DNA of 64,000 nt from Candidatus Kapaibacterium sp. (GCA_026390695.1 JAPLFL010000048.1:339-64338); one strand, 5' to 3'. Shown: positions 8,472-19,747, numbered from the stretch's first letter. Notes: generated by a model from the letters alone, not told the origin. Numbers and translations: made by a program.

Positions 8472-8504
8472 AATCCCCCTACCCCCTTTTTCAAAGGGGG
8501 ATTT
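8472..8504. repeat. CCCCCT-type REP-like palindrome
   Basis: aatccccctaccccctttttcaaagggggattt; related to 63185-63218. Confidence 0.65.
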
Positions 8505-8513
8505 AACTAAATT

Positions 8514-8644
8514 GAGCCTGTCTTAAAAGCCACATATTTAACAAAAATGTCAATGCTGCGTATGCAGGAATCTCCTTCCAGTGCCACTTTAGGGGATTCC
8601 TGCATTCGCAGGAATGACAGAAATGAGGCTTTTTAGACAGCCTC
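8514..8644. mobile_element. 131-bp MITE-like element
   Basis: TIRs gagcctgtcttaaaag / ctttttagacagcctc with two internal GTCATTCCTGC-type hairpins; near-identical inverted copy at 47319-47449. Confidence 0.85.
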
Positions 8645-8801
8645 CAGGGGAGATTTAAGAAAGCTCTTTATTAGCATATAATATTTCAATTACATTAAAT
8701 CTTAATGAAATATTTGTGTTAAACATCAAATGTTTGTAAAAAAAAGGTGAACCAAAGTCCACCTCTTATATGAAAAATCTTGATTTTTAGTTAGTAAATT
8801 A

Positions 8802-10115
8802 TCATGTTCCTGCATTATAATTATTCATATAATTGAGTTGCTCTTCGGAAAGTGCATCCATACTAACACCCATCATTTCAAGTTTAGTTTTGGCAACAAA
8901 CTCATCTTGTTCGATAGGAATGTCTATGACAGCTTTTGCAAGTGGAGTTCCTTTTTTATAATTTTCAAGAATATAAAGATGCGACAGGAACTGATTGGCA
9001 AAAGACATATCCATAACTTCAGAAGGATGACCTTCGGCAGCAGCCAAATTGATTAAGCGACCTTGAGCTAAAAGATAGATTCTGCGTCCATCTTTTAAAG
9101 TATATTCTTCGCAATTTGATCGGATAGTTCTTTTACTTACAGATAATTCTTCAAGTTCAGGAATATTGATTTCCACATCATAATGACCGGTATTGCTTAT
9201 AATCGCACCATCTTTCATAACTTCATAGTGAGGTTTGCGGATAATATCTTTCACGCCCGTTGCAGTAATGAAAATATCGCCTTCTTTAGCGGCTTCGTCC
9301 ATAGTCATTACGCGATGACCTTCGAGTGTGGCTTTGATTGCAGCCGTTGCTTTTACTTCTGTACAAATCGTGTTTGCACCCATGCCTTTTGCACGTTTAG
9401 CAACACCGCTACCGCAGTGACCATGTCCAGCAACAACAATATTTTTACCAGCAAGAAGTACAGAGGTAGCACGGATTACGCCATCAAGAGTTGACTGTCC
9501 TGTTCCATAGACATTATCAAAATCCCATTTTGTTTCAGTGTCATTAACTGCAACAACCGGATAAAGTAATTGTCCATCAGCAGAACGAGAACGAAGACGA
9601 TGAACGCCGGTTGTAGTTTCTTCTGTTCCGCCAATAACATGATTGACAGCCATATCACGATAATTTTCGTGAACGGTATTGATTAAATCGCAGCCATCAT
9701 CAAGCGTTAAATGCGGAGCATCATCAATTGTGCGATCTATGCACCAGTAGAAATCTTCGCCATTATCGTACCAAGCGTAGATAGAGACTCCATCGGCAGC
9801 AATAGCAGCAGCTACAGCATCATTGGTAGAAAGTGGATTACATCCGGACCATGAAACTTCAGCACCCGCATCAACGAAAGTACGGATTAACACTGCTGTT
9901 TCTTTAGTAACGTGCAAACAACCTGCGATTTTAAAACCGGCAAAAGGTTTTGTTTCGCTATATTTTTTTCTTAAACTCATCATAACAGGCATGTGTGCTT
10001 CAGCCCAGTCAACTAAAAGTCTTCCTTCCTCTGCCAGACCAATATCGCGAACACAATATTTGCCCGGTACTTCATCGAATTTACCCTGTGCTTTTTTAGG
10101 GGGTATTTGAGACAT
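8802..10115 (-). CDS. ahcY: Adenosylhomocysteinase
   Basis: GCLHVTKETAVL, SGCNPLST, EETTTGV, DNVYGTGQS, GHPSEVMDMSF. Confidence 0.97.
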   Translation of the reverse strand: MSQIPPKKAQGKFDEVPGKYCVRDIGLAEEGRLLVDWAEAHMPVMMSLRKKYSETKPFAGFKIAGCLHVTKETAVLIRTFVDAGAEVSWSGCNPLSTNDAVAAAIAADGVSIYAWYDNGEDFYWCIDRTIDDAPHLTLDDGCDLINTVHENYRDMAVNHVIGGTEETTTGVHRLRSRSADGQLLYPVVAVNDTETKWDFDNVYGTGQSTLDGVIRATSVLLAGKNIVVAGHGHCGSGVAKRAKGMGANTICTEVKATAAIKATLEGHRVMTMDEAAKEGDIFITATGVKDIIRKPHYEVMKDGAIISNTGHYDVEINIPELEELSVSKRTIRSNCEEYTLKDGRRIYLLAQGRLINLAAAEGHPSEVMDMSFANQFLSHLYILENYKKGTPLAKAVIDIPIEQDEFVAKTKLEMMGVSMDALSEEQLNYMNNYNAGT

Positions 10116-10150
10116 TTTTTTTCTCCGAAAAATATATACGTAAAATTTAA

Positions 10151-11290
10151 TTAAATCTTTTTAAACAAATCAACTAACTCCAGAGCTTCCCAAGGAAATT
10201 CAGGACGTCCGAAATGGCCATAAGCAGAGGTAGCGCGGTAAATTGGGCTACGTAAATTGAAACGATCAATAATCCCTTTTGGAGTTAGATCTATATTTTT
10301 GCTAATATAATCGGAAATTGCAATTCCACTGATTTCCGAACTGCCATGAGTATTAACATATACTGAAACAGGCTGTGCTACTCCAATAGCATAAGAAAGC
10401 TGAATTGTACATTCTTTTGCAATACCGGCAGCCACAATATTTTTTGCAAGATGGCGTGCTGCATAAGCACCTGAGCGATCGACTTTAGATGGATCTTTAC
10501 CGGAGAAAGCGCCTCCACCGTGAGGAGCACGTCCGCCATAAGTATCGACGATAATTTTGCGACCTGTAAGTCCGGTATCACCATGCGGGCCACCAATTTC
10601 AAATCTTCCTGTAGGATTAATATGATAAATTGTTTTATCATCTAATAAATTTGCAGGCATAACTTTTTTGATAATGTGTTCGGTTACATCCTGATGAATT
10701 TTTTCCTGACTTACATCGGGATCGTGCTGAACAGACATTACGACCGTATGTGCACGAATGATTTCACCGTTATCTGCATATTCCAGTGTTACCTGAGATT
10801 TAGCATCCGGTCTGAGATAGGGCATTGCAGAGTTGACAGTTTTAAATACTTCTGTATGTTTAGCAACAAGTTTATGTGAAAACATAATAGGTGCAGGCAT
10901 AAGCTCTTCTGTTTCGGTAGAAGCATAACCGAACATCATTCCTTGATCTCCGGCTCCACCAACATCAACGCCCATGGCTATGTCAGGAGATTGTTGATTG
11001 ATAACATTGACAACTGCACAGGAATAAGAATCGAAGCGGTATCCGGCTTTTGTATATCCGATATCTTCGATAACTCCACGTACAAGTTTTTGTAAATCCA
11101 CATAAGTTGTTGTAGTAATTTCGCCACCGACAACGATTAATCCTGTTGATGCGAAACATTCGCAAGCTACTCGTGAAGACGGATCATCGCGGAGCATCGC
11201 ATCAAGAACAGTATCTGATACTTGATCGCATATTTTATCCGGATGACCTTCGGAAACAGATTCCGAAGTGAAAAGAAAGTTTTTGCTCAT
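10151..11290 (-). CDS. metK: S-adenosylmethionine synthetase
   Basis: [35 protein letters not shown]. Confidence 0.98.
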   Translation of the reverse strand: MSKNFLFTSESVSEGHPDKICDQVSDTVLDAMLRDDPSSRVACECFASTGLIVVGGEITTTTYVDLQKLVRGVIEDIGYTKAGYRFDSYSCAVVNVINQQSPDIAMGVDVGGAGDQGMMFGYASTETEELMPAPIMFSHKLVAKHTEVFKTVNSAMPYLRPDAKSQVTLEYADNGEIIRAHTVVMSVQHDPDVSQEKIHQDVTEHIIKKVMPANLLDDKTIYHINPTGRFEIGGPHGDTGLTGRKIIVDTYGGRAPHGGGAFSGKDPSKVDRSGAYAARHLAKNIVAAGIAKECTIQLSYAIGVAQPVSVYVNTHGSSEISGIAISDYISKNIDLTPKGIIDRFNLRSPIYRATSAYGHFGRPEFPWEALELVDLFKKI

Positions 11291-11341
11291 GATTTATCCT
11301 AATTTATACTAATTAACAAAATATTTAAGGTTATTAAATTT

Positions 11342-12319
11342 TTATGCATATTTGATTTCGCTTGAATCACCTACATTCAATCGAAAGAATTGACCTTTAA
11401 CGACAGCATTATTCCCAATAATCGAACGATCAAGAAGTGATTGTTCTACTCTGGAATTTTCGCTGATAATTGAATCTTTTATAATACTATTGCGCACAAC
11501 GGCTCCTTCGGCAATGGATGCAAATGGTCCGATAACTGATGTTTCTACATGTGCTGTAGGAGCGATATAAACCGGTGGAATGATAATAGCATCCGAATAA
11601 ATATTATTGGTATTCATCTTTTCAAGTAAAATCCGATTTGTTGATAGCATTGTTTCAGGTTTACCGCAGTCATACCAGCCATCAACATTGAATGAAGTAA
11701 ATTTCTCGCCATTATTGAGCATAAGCTGAAGGGCATCGGTCAATTGATATTCATCACGGGTACGAATATCTTCATCAATTAATTTTTCGAGACAAGTTCT
11801 TAAAAGTGATGGATTGCTTATATAATAGATTCCGACTATTGCAAGGTTTGAAACCGGTGTCTCTGGTTTTTCGATCAGTTTATTAATAAAACCGTCATTT
11901 GAGTGAACAACAACTCCAAAACGTCTGGGGTCGCTAACTTCTTTAACTCCGATAGAGCAGTATTTACTTTCGGAAACTGATTTTAAATCAGCATCAAAAA
12001 TAGTATCCCCAAGAATAATCATCAGTGGCTCATCTTCAAATGTTTCGCGAGCAGTCCAAATAGCATGACCCAAACCATATTGCTCCGTTTGCTGACAATA
12101 GTCCACATGAAAATGATAATGTGTATTGACGTACTGCTCGACTAAATCACCCTTATAACCGGTAATAATCGTCACTTTGTCCACATTATTTTCTTGAAGT
12201 GCATCTAATATATGTCCTAAAATAGGTTTTCCGGCAACATTTAAGAGAACCTTAGGTAAAGAATAGGTAAACGGTCGTAATCTTGCACCAACTCCGGCTA
12301 CGGGTATAATAGCTCTCAT
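11342..12319 (-). CDS. Sugar-phosphate nucleotidyltransferase with C-terminal left-handed beta-helix
   Basis: MRAIIPVAGVGARLRP...PK, GLGHA, VKEVSDPRRFGVV..EKP. Start taken at MRAII. Confidence 0.9.
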   Translation of the reverse strand: MRAIIPVAGVGARLRPFTYSLPKVLLNVAGKPILGHILDALQENNVDKVTIITGYKGDLVEQYVNTHYHFHVDYCQQTEQYGLGHAIWTARETFEDEPLMIILGDTIFDADLKSVSESKYCSIGVKEVSDPRRFGVVVHSNDGFINKLIEKPETPVSNLAIVGIYYISNPSLLRTCLEKLIDEDIRTRDEYQLTDALQLMLNNGEKFTSFNVDGWYDCGKPETMLSTNRILLEKMNTNNIYSDAIIIPPVYIAPTAHVETSVIGPFASIAEGAVVRNSIIKDSIISENSRVEQSLLDRSIIGNNAVVKGQFFRLNVGDSSEIKYA

Positions 12320-12486
12320 TATTATATTTAATTTAATTTTCAAAAAAAACCGATTACAAATTTACGACTTTTATTTCTAATAATAAAGAGTTTAATAACT
12401 ATATATAAAAGTATCAATTAATTTACAAAATATTAATTCTCTCTAATCGTTACAAGAAATCAATGTTTTATTAAAATGAAGCGACA

Positions 12487-13425
12487 ATGAAATCAATTAA
12501 TTCCGAATTTTTGCTGGTATTGCTTTTTCTCTCAATTAGCGCTTTAGCAATAGCTGCTCAGAATAAAAGCATATTGAAAAATCCGCCAACTGAAAAATCA
12601 ATTAATTTTATTGAAAACAAGGGACAATGGAATCCGGATGTTCTTTACCTGACAAAACTTAATGGTGTTAATGCATGGCTTACTAAATTCGGTGTTGCTT
12701 ATGATTATTTTCAGCTCTATCAAGATACAACTGAAGCTAAATCGGATAATTTTATTAAGCACAACCGCGATCCAAAGCCAAGTATGGCTCCCGATGAAAA
12801 TATGAAAGTGAAAGGGCATGTAATTTTTATGAAATTTGTTGGAGCTCAGGAATATAAAAAAATCGATACAAATAAACTTGATGAATTAAATGATAAAACT
12901 CGCTCTAAAAGTCAAGGTATAGATAAGCAAGAAACTTATTATAATTATTTTATCGGCAATGATTCTACCAAATGGGCATCTTATGTACCTCTTTACAAAG
13001 AAGCATATATTAGTGACATTTATCATGGAATTGATGTCCGGTATTATTTCGATACTGATTCAAACTTTCTATCACCGACTCAAAGACGTATGAAGGGTGT
13101 CCCTTATCTGAGATATGATTTTGTAATTCATCCCGGAGCTGATTTGAATCAAATTAAAATAATCTTCGAAGGAGCCGATTCAATCAATGTTAATGAACAT
13201 GGTGAGTTAGTTCTCAAGACTTCTCTTGGAGATATTCGCCATGGGAAATTATTTACTTATCAGATTGATGAATCAAAAGGACAAAGTCTGAATCAGGATT
13301 TGAAAAAGAAAAATGAAAAGCGCACACTTACTGAAATAGAATGTAAATACTTTAAAAATTCGGATGGCTCTGTTGGCTTTAAAGCTGGTTCTTATGATAA
13401 GAAAAAGACACTTATCATAGATTAA
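12487..13425 (+). CDS. N-terminal domain of SBBP-repeat/cell-surface proteins (DUF7948-like), stand-alone or truncated
   Basis: Signal peptide, FIENKGQW, YNYFIGNDSTKW, IYHGID, LRYDFVIHPGAD; ends at YDKKKTLIID*. Confidence 0.75.
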   Translation: MKSINSEFLLVLLFLSISALAIAAQNKSILKNPPTEKSINFIENKGQWNPDVLYLTKLNGVNAWLTKFGVAYDYFQLYQDTTEAKSDNFIKHNRDPKPSMAPDENMKVKGHVIFMKFVGAQEYKKIDTNKLDELNDKTRSKSQGIDKQETYYNYFIGNDSTKWASYVPLYKEAYISDIYHGIDVRYYFDTDSNFLSPTQRRMKGVPYLRYDFVIHPGADLNQIKIIFEGADSINVNEHGELVLKTSLGDIRHGKLFTYQIDESKGQSLNQDLKKKNEKRTLTEIECKYFKNSDGSVGFKAGSYDKKKTLIID

Positions 13426-13446
13426 TCAATCAGTTTGATTGAACAG

Positions 13447-14670
13447 TTAAAATTCATACAGTCGCAGCAGATCTTCTGCAGTTTCCCGACGGCGTATTAA
13501 TTCGACATTCTCATGATCAATAAGCAGCTCTGCAGGTCTAAAGCGATTATTATAGTTTGATGACATGACATAACCATAAGCCCCAGCATCATGGATTAAG
13601 ACCAAATCTCCAACTTCTAACACCGGTAATTCTATATGCGACGCTTGTATATCTGAATTTTCGCAAATTTGACCACAAACATTAACAAACTCAGTGATTG
13701 ATGAATTAACCAATGCTTCTATCCTATGTTTTGCTCCATATAGAGCTGGACGTATTAAAGTATTCATACCCGCATCCAGACCTATAAACTTCTTATAACT
13801 CTTTTTTATTCCTGTTACACGTGACAGAATATAACCGGAATTTGCTATCAAGTATCGCCCCGGTTCGAGGATCAGATCAGGCTTCCCAAGTTTATACTTA
13901 GCACAGCGTTCTTTAAAGATGTCACAAACTGATTTTGCGGTTAGTTCAATATTCAATTCCTCTTCATCATTGTTATAAGGGACTCCGAATCCTCCACCGA
14001 TGTCGATGTATTCAGGTTTAACGCCTAATTCTCCAAAAATTTCACCAGCGATGTTCATCAATCTTGCAACGATTTCTGCAAAGTAATATGGTTCCAGATT
14101 ATTGGAACCGGTCATCATGTGAATACCAAATTTTTTAAATCCGGCATCGCGAGCAGCCCTATAAGCATCAATAGCTTTTTCATAAGGAATTCCGAATTTA
14201 GCGTCGGAACCTGCCGTAACGATACCTTCAAACCCCCCTCTGCCGATTCCGGGATTTATACGAAAGGCAATTTGCTGCCTTTTTCCCACTTCAATTAATC
14301 TTTCCATGGAAGTTCTATCGTCAAGATTGAGTCTGAGATTCTTTTTATAAATTTGTGCTAAATCATCAAAACTCTCATAATTGCCGGTATAAACAATATT
14401 ATTTGTAGGAATACCGGCTCTCTCTGCTAATAATACCTCCATCGGAGATGAACAATCAGCTCCTGCCCCTAATGAATGAAATAATTTAAGAATATTAAGG
14501 TTACTATTCGATTTTACCGAAAAATGGATTTTTGTATTTTGATAATAAGTTTGGAATGAATCTATCAGTCTTAGGTAATTGGATTCAATCTTCTGTTTAT
14601 CATAGATATAAAGCGGCGTTCCGTATTTTTTGGCAAGATCACCGAATATTTTTTTGTCGAGTTTTAGCAT
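13447..14670 (-). CDS. lysA: Diaminopimelate decarboxylase
   Basis: GTPLYIYD, SVKSN (PLP lysine), SKFG-like AKFG, DIGGG, EPGR, CENSD, GAYGYVMSSNYN. Confidence 0.95.
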   Translation of the reverse strand: MLKLDKKIFGDLAKKYGTPLYIYDKQKIESNYLRLIDSFQTYYQNTKIHFSVKSNSNLNILKLFHSLGAGADCSSPMEVLLAERAGIPTNNIVYTGNYESFDDLAQIYKKNLRLNLDDRTSMERLIEVGKRQQIAFRINPGIGRGGFEGIVTAGSDAKFGIPYEKAIDAYRAARDAGFKKFGIHMMTGSNNLEPYYFAEIVARLMNIAGEIFGELGVKPEYIDIGGGFGVPYNNDEEELNIELTAKSVCDIFKERCAKYKLGKPDLILEPGRYLIANSGYILSRVTGIKKSYKKFIGLDAGMNTLIRPALYGAKHRIEALVNSSITEFVNVCGQICENSDIQASHIELPVLEVGDLVLIHDAGAYGYVMSSNYNNRFRPAELLIDHENVELIRRRETAEDLLRLYEF

Positions 14671-14821
14671 GTTTACCAGAATAAAAAAATGTAAATTAAG
14701 TTTTTTTTATAACAGAGCTATAATAATCATATAAATTAATAATTGCAGCTTTTAAATTTGTAATTGTAACATATTAATCAATAATTGCAGCGCCTGTATT
14801 GAATCAAATCCGAACAATTTT

Positions 14822-15700
14822 ATGACAGTAAAACAACAACAGAATAAACAAACAATAATTTTAATTTTACCTTGGATTCTCACCTTTCTGGTTTTTTATC
14901 TTTACCCGTTAATTCACGCATTAGTCCTAAGTTTTTCGAAATATTCAACCTTAACAAATGAGATAAAGTTTATCGGAGTATCAAATTATAAATACGCTTT
15001 TACCGATAAAATATTCTGGAAAGCACTTTCAAATACTGCCTTCTTTACATTTGGAACTGTGCCACTGACAACAGCAATATCACTGGCACTGGCAGCCGTA
15101 TTAAATAGTAAATTTATTCAATATAAGAATTTCTTTCGTGCAGTTTATTTCTTGCCATCGGCAACCTCACTTGTTGTTATTTCTTTAATTTTTATAAATC
15201 TTTTTTCAAAAACCGGATATTTGAATTTCTTGGCATTGATTGTTGGATTACCGGTTTCTCAGCATGGCTGGCTGCTCGAACCGAATACATCGATGATTTC
15301 TATAATGGCTATGGATGTGTGGATGGCAGTTGGATATTATATGGTCTTGTTTTTATCGGGCATGCAATCAATTCCAAATGATTTATATGATAGTGCTCGT
15401 TTGTCCGGTGCAAGCCCGCTGCAGCAGTTATTTAGAATAACATTGCCATTGCTTAAACCAACTCTTCTTCTTGTTCTGCTCATCAATACTATTAAATCTT
15501 TCCAAGTGTTTATTGAAATTTTTGTTATGACGAAGGGCGGCCCGCTTAATTCCACCAATACCCTCGTTTACATGATATATGAAAATGCTTTTGAAAAAGC
15601 AGATATGATGGGATATGCGTCTGCTCTAGCTTTTATACTATTTGTAATACTTATGATTTTTTCGATTCTGCAGATAAAATTTTTAAGAACTGAAGATTAA
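14822..15700 (+). CDS. Carbohydrate ABC transporter permease
   Basis: Multiple TM segments, EAA-like loop LYDSARLSGAS, MTKGGPLNST. Confidence 0.92.
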   Translation: MTVKQQQNKQTIILILPWILTFLVFYLYPLIHALVLSFSKYSTLTNEIKFIGVSNYKYAFTDKIFWKALSNTAFFTFGTVPLTTAISLALAAVLNSKFIQYKNFFRAVYFLPSATSLVVISLIFINLFSKTGYLNFLALIVGLPVSQHGWLLEPNTSMISIMAMDVWMAVGYYMVLFLSGMQSIPNDLYDSARLSGASPLQQLFRITLPLLKPTLLLVLLINTIKSFQVFIEIFVMTKGGPLNSTNTLVYMIYENAFEKADMMGYASALAFILFVILMIFSILQIKFLRTED

Positions 15701-15750
15701 TGACTCAAATTTATTTAAAAGTATATGTTTAGAAATTTAAAGGGTTTTGT

Positions 15751-16383
15751 ATGTTAATAACTAATATCGTATGCTCATTGATTGCATTCGCTCTTGGAGC
15801 CATTCCTTCAGCTTATATCATAGTTAAATATTTTTCTGGCAAAGACATTCGGAAGCTTGGTACAGGCAATGTAGGAGCCATGAACAGCTATGAAGTCACA
15901 AATAAAAAATGGATAGGTCTCGTAGTATTTTTAATGGATTTTATAAAAGGATTATTAGCAGTCTTTATTGCCCGATATTTAGGTGGAAATAACCTGCAAA
16001 CAGTCCTTCTGGCTGCTATCTTTGCAGTTTTGGGACATAACTATAATCCATTTCTCAAATTCAAAGGTGGCAGAGGATTGGCTGTTGCTTGCGGTGTTTT
16101 AATACCGATTAATCTTTTAATCATAATTTTCTGGGTACTAATGTGGCTGACCGGTTATTATGCAATAAAACGAGATGTTCATGTTGGAAATATAGTAGCT
16201 TCAATAGGAGCAGCTATTCTACTTTTTCGTGCTCCTGAAAAAATTATTCATATTTTCGCGACAATGAATATTTATGATATATCAACTTTCAGAAATGCCT
16301 CAATTTTCTTATGCTTTTTAATCCTGCTCAGACATTCCGATGTAATTTTAGAAATATTTAAAAAAAATAAAAATATGGATTGA
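15751..16383 (+). CDS. plsY: Glycerol-3-phosphate acyltransferase PlsY
   Basis: DIRKLGTGNVGAMN, DFIKG, GHNYNPFLKFKGGRGLA. Confidence 0.93.
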   Translation: MLITNIVCSLIAFALGAIPSAYIIVKYFSGKDIRKLGTGNVGAMNSYEVTNKKWIGLVVFLMDFIKGLLAVFIARYLGGNNLQTVLLAAIFAVLGHNYNPFLKFKGGRGLAVACGVLIPINLLIIIFWVLMWLTGYYAIKRDVHVGNIVASIGAAILLFRAPEKIIHIFATMNIYDISTFRNASIFLCFLILLRHSDVILEIFKKNKNMD

Positions 16384-16388
16384 TTGGT

Positions 16389-17099
16389 TTATCCTTCAAC
16401 ATCTTTTTTAATAATTTCATAAACAGCCGCCATAAGCCTCTTTTCATCGACACTGCTACTGTTGGGATTCGGAGGAATTGGTTTATGGAGAATGATTTTC
16501 ACAGTCGTAGGATGAAAAATTTTATTTGGTTTATCAAACACACTAAATGTCCCTATCAAGGAAATAGGAACTATCGGCTTGGCAGCCCTTGCAGCAAGCA
16601 TAAAAGCTCCACGTTTGAAGGTTTGAGGTTTACCGTCTAATGAACGAGTACCTTCAGGAAAAACGATGATCGAATCACCTGTACTTATTGATTCGAGTGC
16701 TTTTTCAATCCCAGCCATGGCATTTCTCGGATCTTCACGAACAATGGAGATAAATGGTGATTTGCGTAGTCCCCATCCGAAAATAGGAATATTTTCAAGT
16801 TCCTTCTTATACATGATTCGTACTGAATCATTTAATCCTGCCAATAGTACCGGAATATCAAACAAACTCGAATGATTTGCCACATAAATATATTTTTCAT
16901 TCGGATTTAATAATTCAGCACCTATAATTTCAAGTTTAACTCCTGAAATTTTTAAAATGATACTTGACCATATTCTTGAATATCTGTGGAACAAGCTCTG
17001 ATTGCTGGAAAAAGCCATGTACAGTAAAATACGTATTGAATGAACTACTGTTACTAATACTATTGCAATTTGCTGGTAATAAAATTTTATAATGTGCAT
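16389..17099 (-). CDS. plsC: 1-acyl-sn-glycerol-3-phosphate acyltransferase
   Basis: NHSSLFD, FPEGTRS, FKRGAF. Confidence 0.92.
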   Translation of the reverse strand: MHIIKFYYQQIAIVLVTVVHSIRILLYMAFSSNQSLFHRYSRIWSSIILKISGVKLEIIGAELLNPNEKYIYVANHSSLFDIPVLLAGLNDSVRIMYKKELENIPIFGWGLRKSPFISIVREDPRNAMAGIEKALESISTGDSIIVFPEGTRSLDGKPQTFKRGAFMLAARAAKPIVPISLIGTFSVFDKPNKIFHPTTVKIILHKPIPPNPNSSSVDEKRLMAAVYEIIKKDVEG

Positions 17100-17175
17100 T
17101 TTTTTGATCTGTAATAATTTACATAATTAAATATAAGAATCTTATTCACATTAAATTTCAAGTTTATTGCTTTTA

Positions 17176-18435
17176 TTAAGTTTTAAGTTTCTTTTTCTTG
17201 GCAGCAGGGAAGAGGATATTATTAAGTATGAGCCTGTATCCTGGAGAATTTTTGTGTAAACTCAAATCTGTGGGAGGATCTCCGATATTATGACGATAAT
17301 CTTCAGGATCGTGGCCGCCATACCAAGTATAAGTACCACGTCCGACATTTCCGTTAATATATTTCACTTCATCGGAACCTTCTTTTATTCCAAGGATTGT
17401 GACGTTCTTTTTGATATATTCTTTATGGAAAGCAGTTGTTTGCCCCATAAATCCATGTACTATGTTCACATGGCATTGGGTCAGCATTGATGGCACTGGA
17501 TCGTATTTAGCAGAAAAATCAAATAAAGTGAAATAATCTAAATCAGGATTTGGAATTTTCAGTGGGTCTATATCTATTGAAGATATTTCATATTCATAAG
17601 GATCATAAACAATGCGAAAATTTTCAAAGGCATTTGTCTTTGAAAAATCAAGTTTGCTCTGAGCCTGCATATCCAGTGGATCTCCGTCAAAGGGTTCAGA
17701 ACAAATATCAACTCCTTCAGCCGCTAAAGCCACATCATAAGAATCAGTAGCACTGCACATAGCAAACATGAATCCGCCGTTAGCAATAAATTCCTGAATT
17801 TTCTTAACTACTGACAATTTCATTTGGGATACTTTTGCAAAGCCAAGTTTCTTTGCCATACCTTCATTCAAAGCCACTTGCTGAATATACCAAGGTACAT
17901 TATGGTATGCTGCCCAAAATTTTCCGAACTGACCAGTAAAATCCTCGTGATGTAGATGGATCCAATCATATTTTTCAAGTTTACCCATTACAACATCTTC
18001 ATCCCAAATAATATCATGCTCAACTTCTGCATATTCAAGAGCAAGTCTGACCGCATCATCCCATGGGCGTGCTCCGGGTGGTGCATAAACACATATTTTC
18101 GGAGCTTTTTCAAGCCGGACTACATCCATGTTATTGTTTTCGCTTTGGACTTCAGCATATATCTTTCCAGTAGATCCACCATCGAGGTTTTCAAAGAATA
18201 TTCCTCTTAATCGAAGCTCCGTTGCTATTTTATCACTATAATCAGTCATAAATGAACCGCCGCGATAATTCAGCAGCCAATCCACTTCTTGTCCTTGTTT
18301 AAGCACCCAGTATGTCAGCCCATAAGCCTTCAGATGGTTCGTTTGGGCTAAATCCATAGGAATAAATATTTTTTGTGCCTGTGAAGTTTCGAGCAAAATA
18401 AACAATGAACAAAGAAATATCAATATATATTTCAT
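17176..18435 (-). CDS. Conserved exported FCB-group protein (family often annotated 'asparagine synthetase B'; amidotransferase-like)
   Basis: NHLKAYG, WLLNYRGGSF, WDDAV, HLHHEDFTGQ, MCSATD, GGHDPEDY, SPGYRLILNN. Start taken at MKYIL. Confidence 0.75.
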   Translation of the reverse strand: MKYILIFLCSLFILLETSQAQKIFIPMDLAQTNHLKAYGLTYWVLKQGQEVDWLLNYRGGSFMTDYSDKIATELRLRGIFFENLDGGSTGKIYAEVQSENNNMDVVRLEKAPKICVYAPPGARPWDDAVRLALEYAEVEHDIIWDEDVVMGKLEKYDWIHLHHEDFTGQFGKFWAAYHNVPWYIQQVALNEGMAKKLGFAKVSQMKLSVVKKIQEFIANGGFMFAMCSATDSYDVALAAEGVDICSEPFDGDPLDMQAQSKLDFSKTNAFENFRIVYDPYEYEISSIDIDPLKIPNPDLDYFTLFDFSAKYDPVPSMLTQCHVNIVHGFMGQTTAFHKEYIKKNVTILGIKEGSDEVKYINGNVGRGTYTWYGGHDPEDYRHNIGDPPTDLSLHKNSPGYRLILNNILFPAAKKKKLKT

Positions 18436-18536
18436 AAAAGAGTTTTGCATTTTATGGAAATTAAATTTTGTAATTTTAATTTCAAGTAAACGTCGGAAAG
18501 CCGGTTTTATTGCAATTTTCAACTTATAAAATCATT

Positions 18537-19130
18537 ATGACAAAAATTATCGAATTAAAAAGAAAACTTGTTTTAGCTTCGCAATCACCGCGGCGGCAGC
18601 ACCTTTTGGAATTGTTAGGTTTGAAATTCGATATTATTCCCGCTAATATTGATGAGGATATTGATTATCAATTAAAACCCAATGAAATTGCAGAAAAACT
18701 TGCAGTTGATAAAGCCCAATCGGTAGCACGGAACTATACTAAAAGAGCTTTTATTCTCGGAGGCGACACTATTGTCGTATATAAAGACCAGATTTTAAAT
18801 AAACCGAAATCAGCAGCAGACGCATGCAGCATGTTAAAACTACTTTCCGGCAAAACACATATTGTTTATACTGGATTTGCTTTTGTAATTTGTCCGGAAA
18901 TGGAGCTTGTCAGTTCTTGTGTAGCCACAGAAGTTAGTTTCAGGGATTTAGATGAAAATGAAATTGATGGTTATGTCGAAAGTGGATCACCACTTGATAA
19001 AGCTGGAGCTTATGGAATTCAGGATGATTTTGGTGCAGTTTTTGTCAGACATATAAAAGGTTGTTACTATAATATTGTCGGATTACCACTGGAAGCGGTT
19101 TATTCAACATTGAAATTAATTAATAAATAA
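18537..19130 (+). CDS. maf: Maf family nucleoside triphosphate pyrophosphatase
   Basis: LASQSPRR, GDTIV, DKAGAYGIQ, NIVGLP. Confidence 0.95.
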   Translation: MTKIIELKRKLVLASQSPRRQHLLELLGLKFDIIPANIDEDIDYQLKPNEIAEKLAVDKAQSVARNYTKRAFILGGDTIVVYKDQILNKPKSAADACSMLKLLSGKTHIVYTGFAFVICPEMELVSSCVATEVSFRDLDENEIDGYVESGSPLDKAGAYGIQDDFGAVFVRHIKGCYYNIVGLPLEAVYSTLKLINK

Positions 19131-19140
19131 AGAGGATCAG

Positions 19141-19743
19141 GTGTTTATATCATTTGAAGGCATTGATGGCTGCGGGAAAACAACCCAAATTGAGCAATTA
19201 TCAAATTATTTTGAAAAAAGAGGAGCAGAGCTAATAAAATTGCGTGAACCGGGAGGTACTGCGACATCTGAGCAAATTCGATCTATTCTGCTAAATCATA
19301 AAAACGACATTGACTCTGTAACGGAATTATTTCTTTTTGAGGCAGCAAGATCGTGCCTTGTCCAACAAATAATAAAACCAGCATTAGACGAAGGCAAAAT
19401 TGTTTTAAGCGATAGATTTTTTGATTCAACAATTGCTTATCAGGGCTATGGGAGAGGATTGAACATGGAAATGATAAATAAATTAAATGAATTTGCCACT
19501 CAAAATATTAAACCCGATATAACTTTTTACTTAAAGATATCACTCGATCTTTCCAATCAAAGAACAAAATATAAAAACCCGGACAGAATGGAACTATCCG
19601 GGCAGATTTTTTTTGAGCGAGTTATTAAAGGTTTCGATGAAATAGCTCTGAAAGAGCCGAATAGAGTGATTACAATTGATTCATCAGGGCAAGTACAGAA
19701 AACATTTTCATTGATTGAAAAAGCAATCAATGAAAGGTTTTGA
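19141..19743 (+). CDS. tmk: Thymidylate kinase
   Basis: FEGIDGCGKTT, REPGG, DRFFDSTIAYQG. Confidence 0.96.
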   Translation: MFISFEGIDGCGKTTQIEQLSNYFEKRGAELIKLREPGGTATSEQIRSILLNHKNDIDSVTELFLFEAARSCLVQQIIKPALDEGKIVLSDRFFDSTIAYQGYGRGLNMEMINKLNEFATQNIKPDITFYLKISLDLSNQRTKYKNPDRMELSGQIFFERVIKGFDEIALKEPNRVITIDSSGQVQKTFSLIEKAINERF

Positions 19744-19747
19744 GCAA

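Noticed and set aside
8221..8526. 101-aa plus-strand ORF
   Set aside because: TTG start, no recognisable motif, overlaps the phased motifs, a REP and a MITE end.
11291..12486. SAM or SAH riboswitch for metK-ahcY
   Set aside because: The intergenic stretches are short or extremely AT-rich with no conserved aptamer core.
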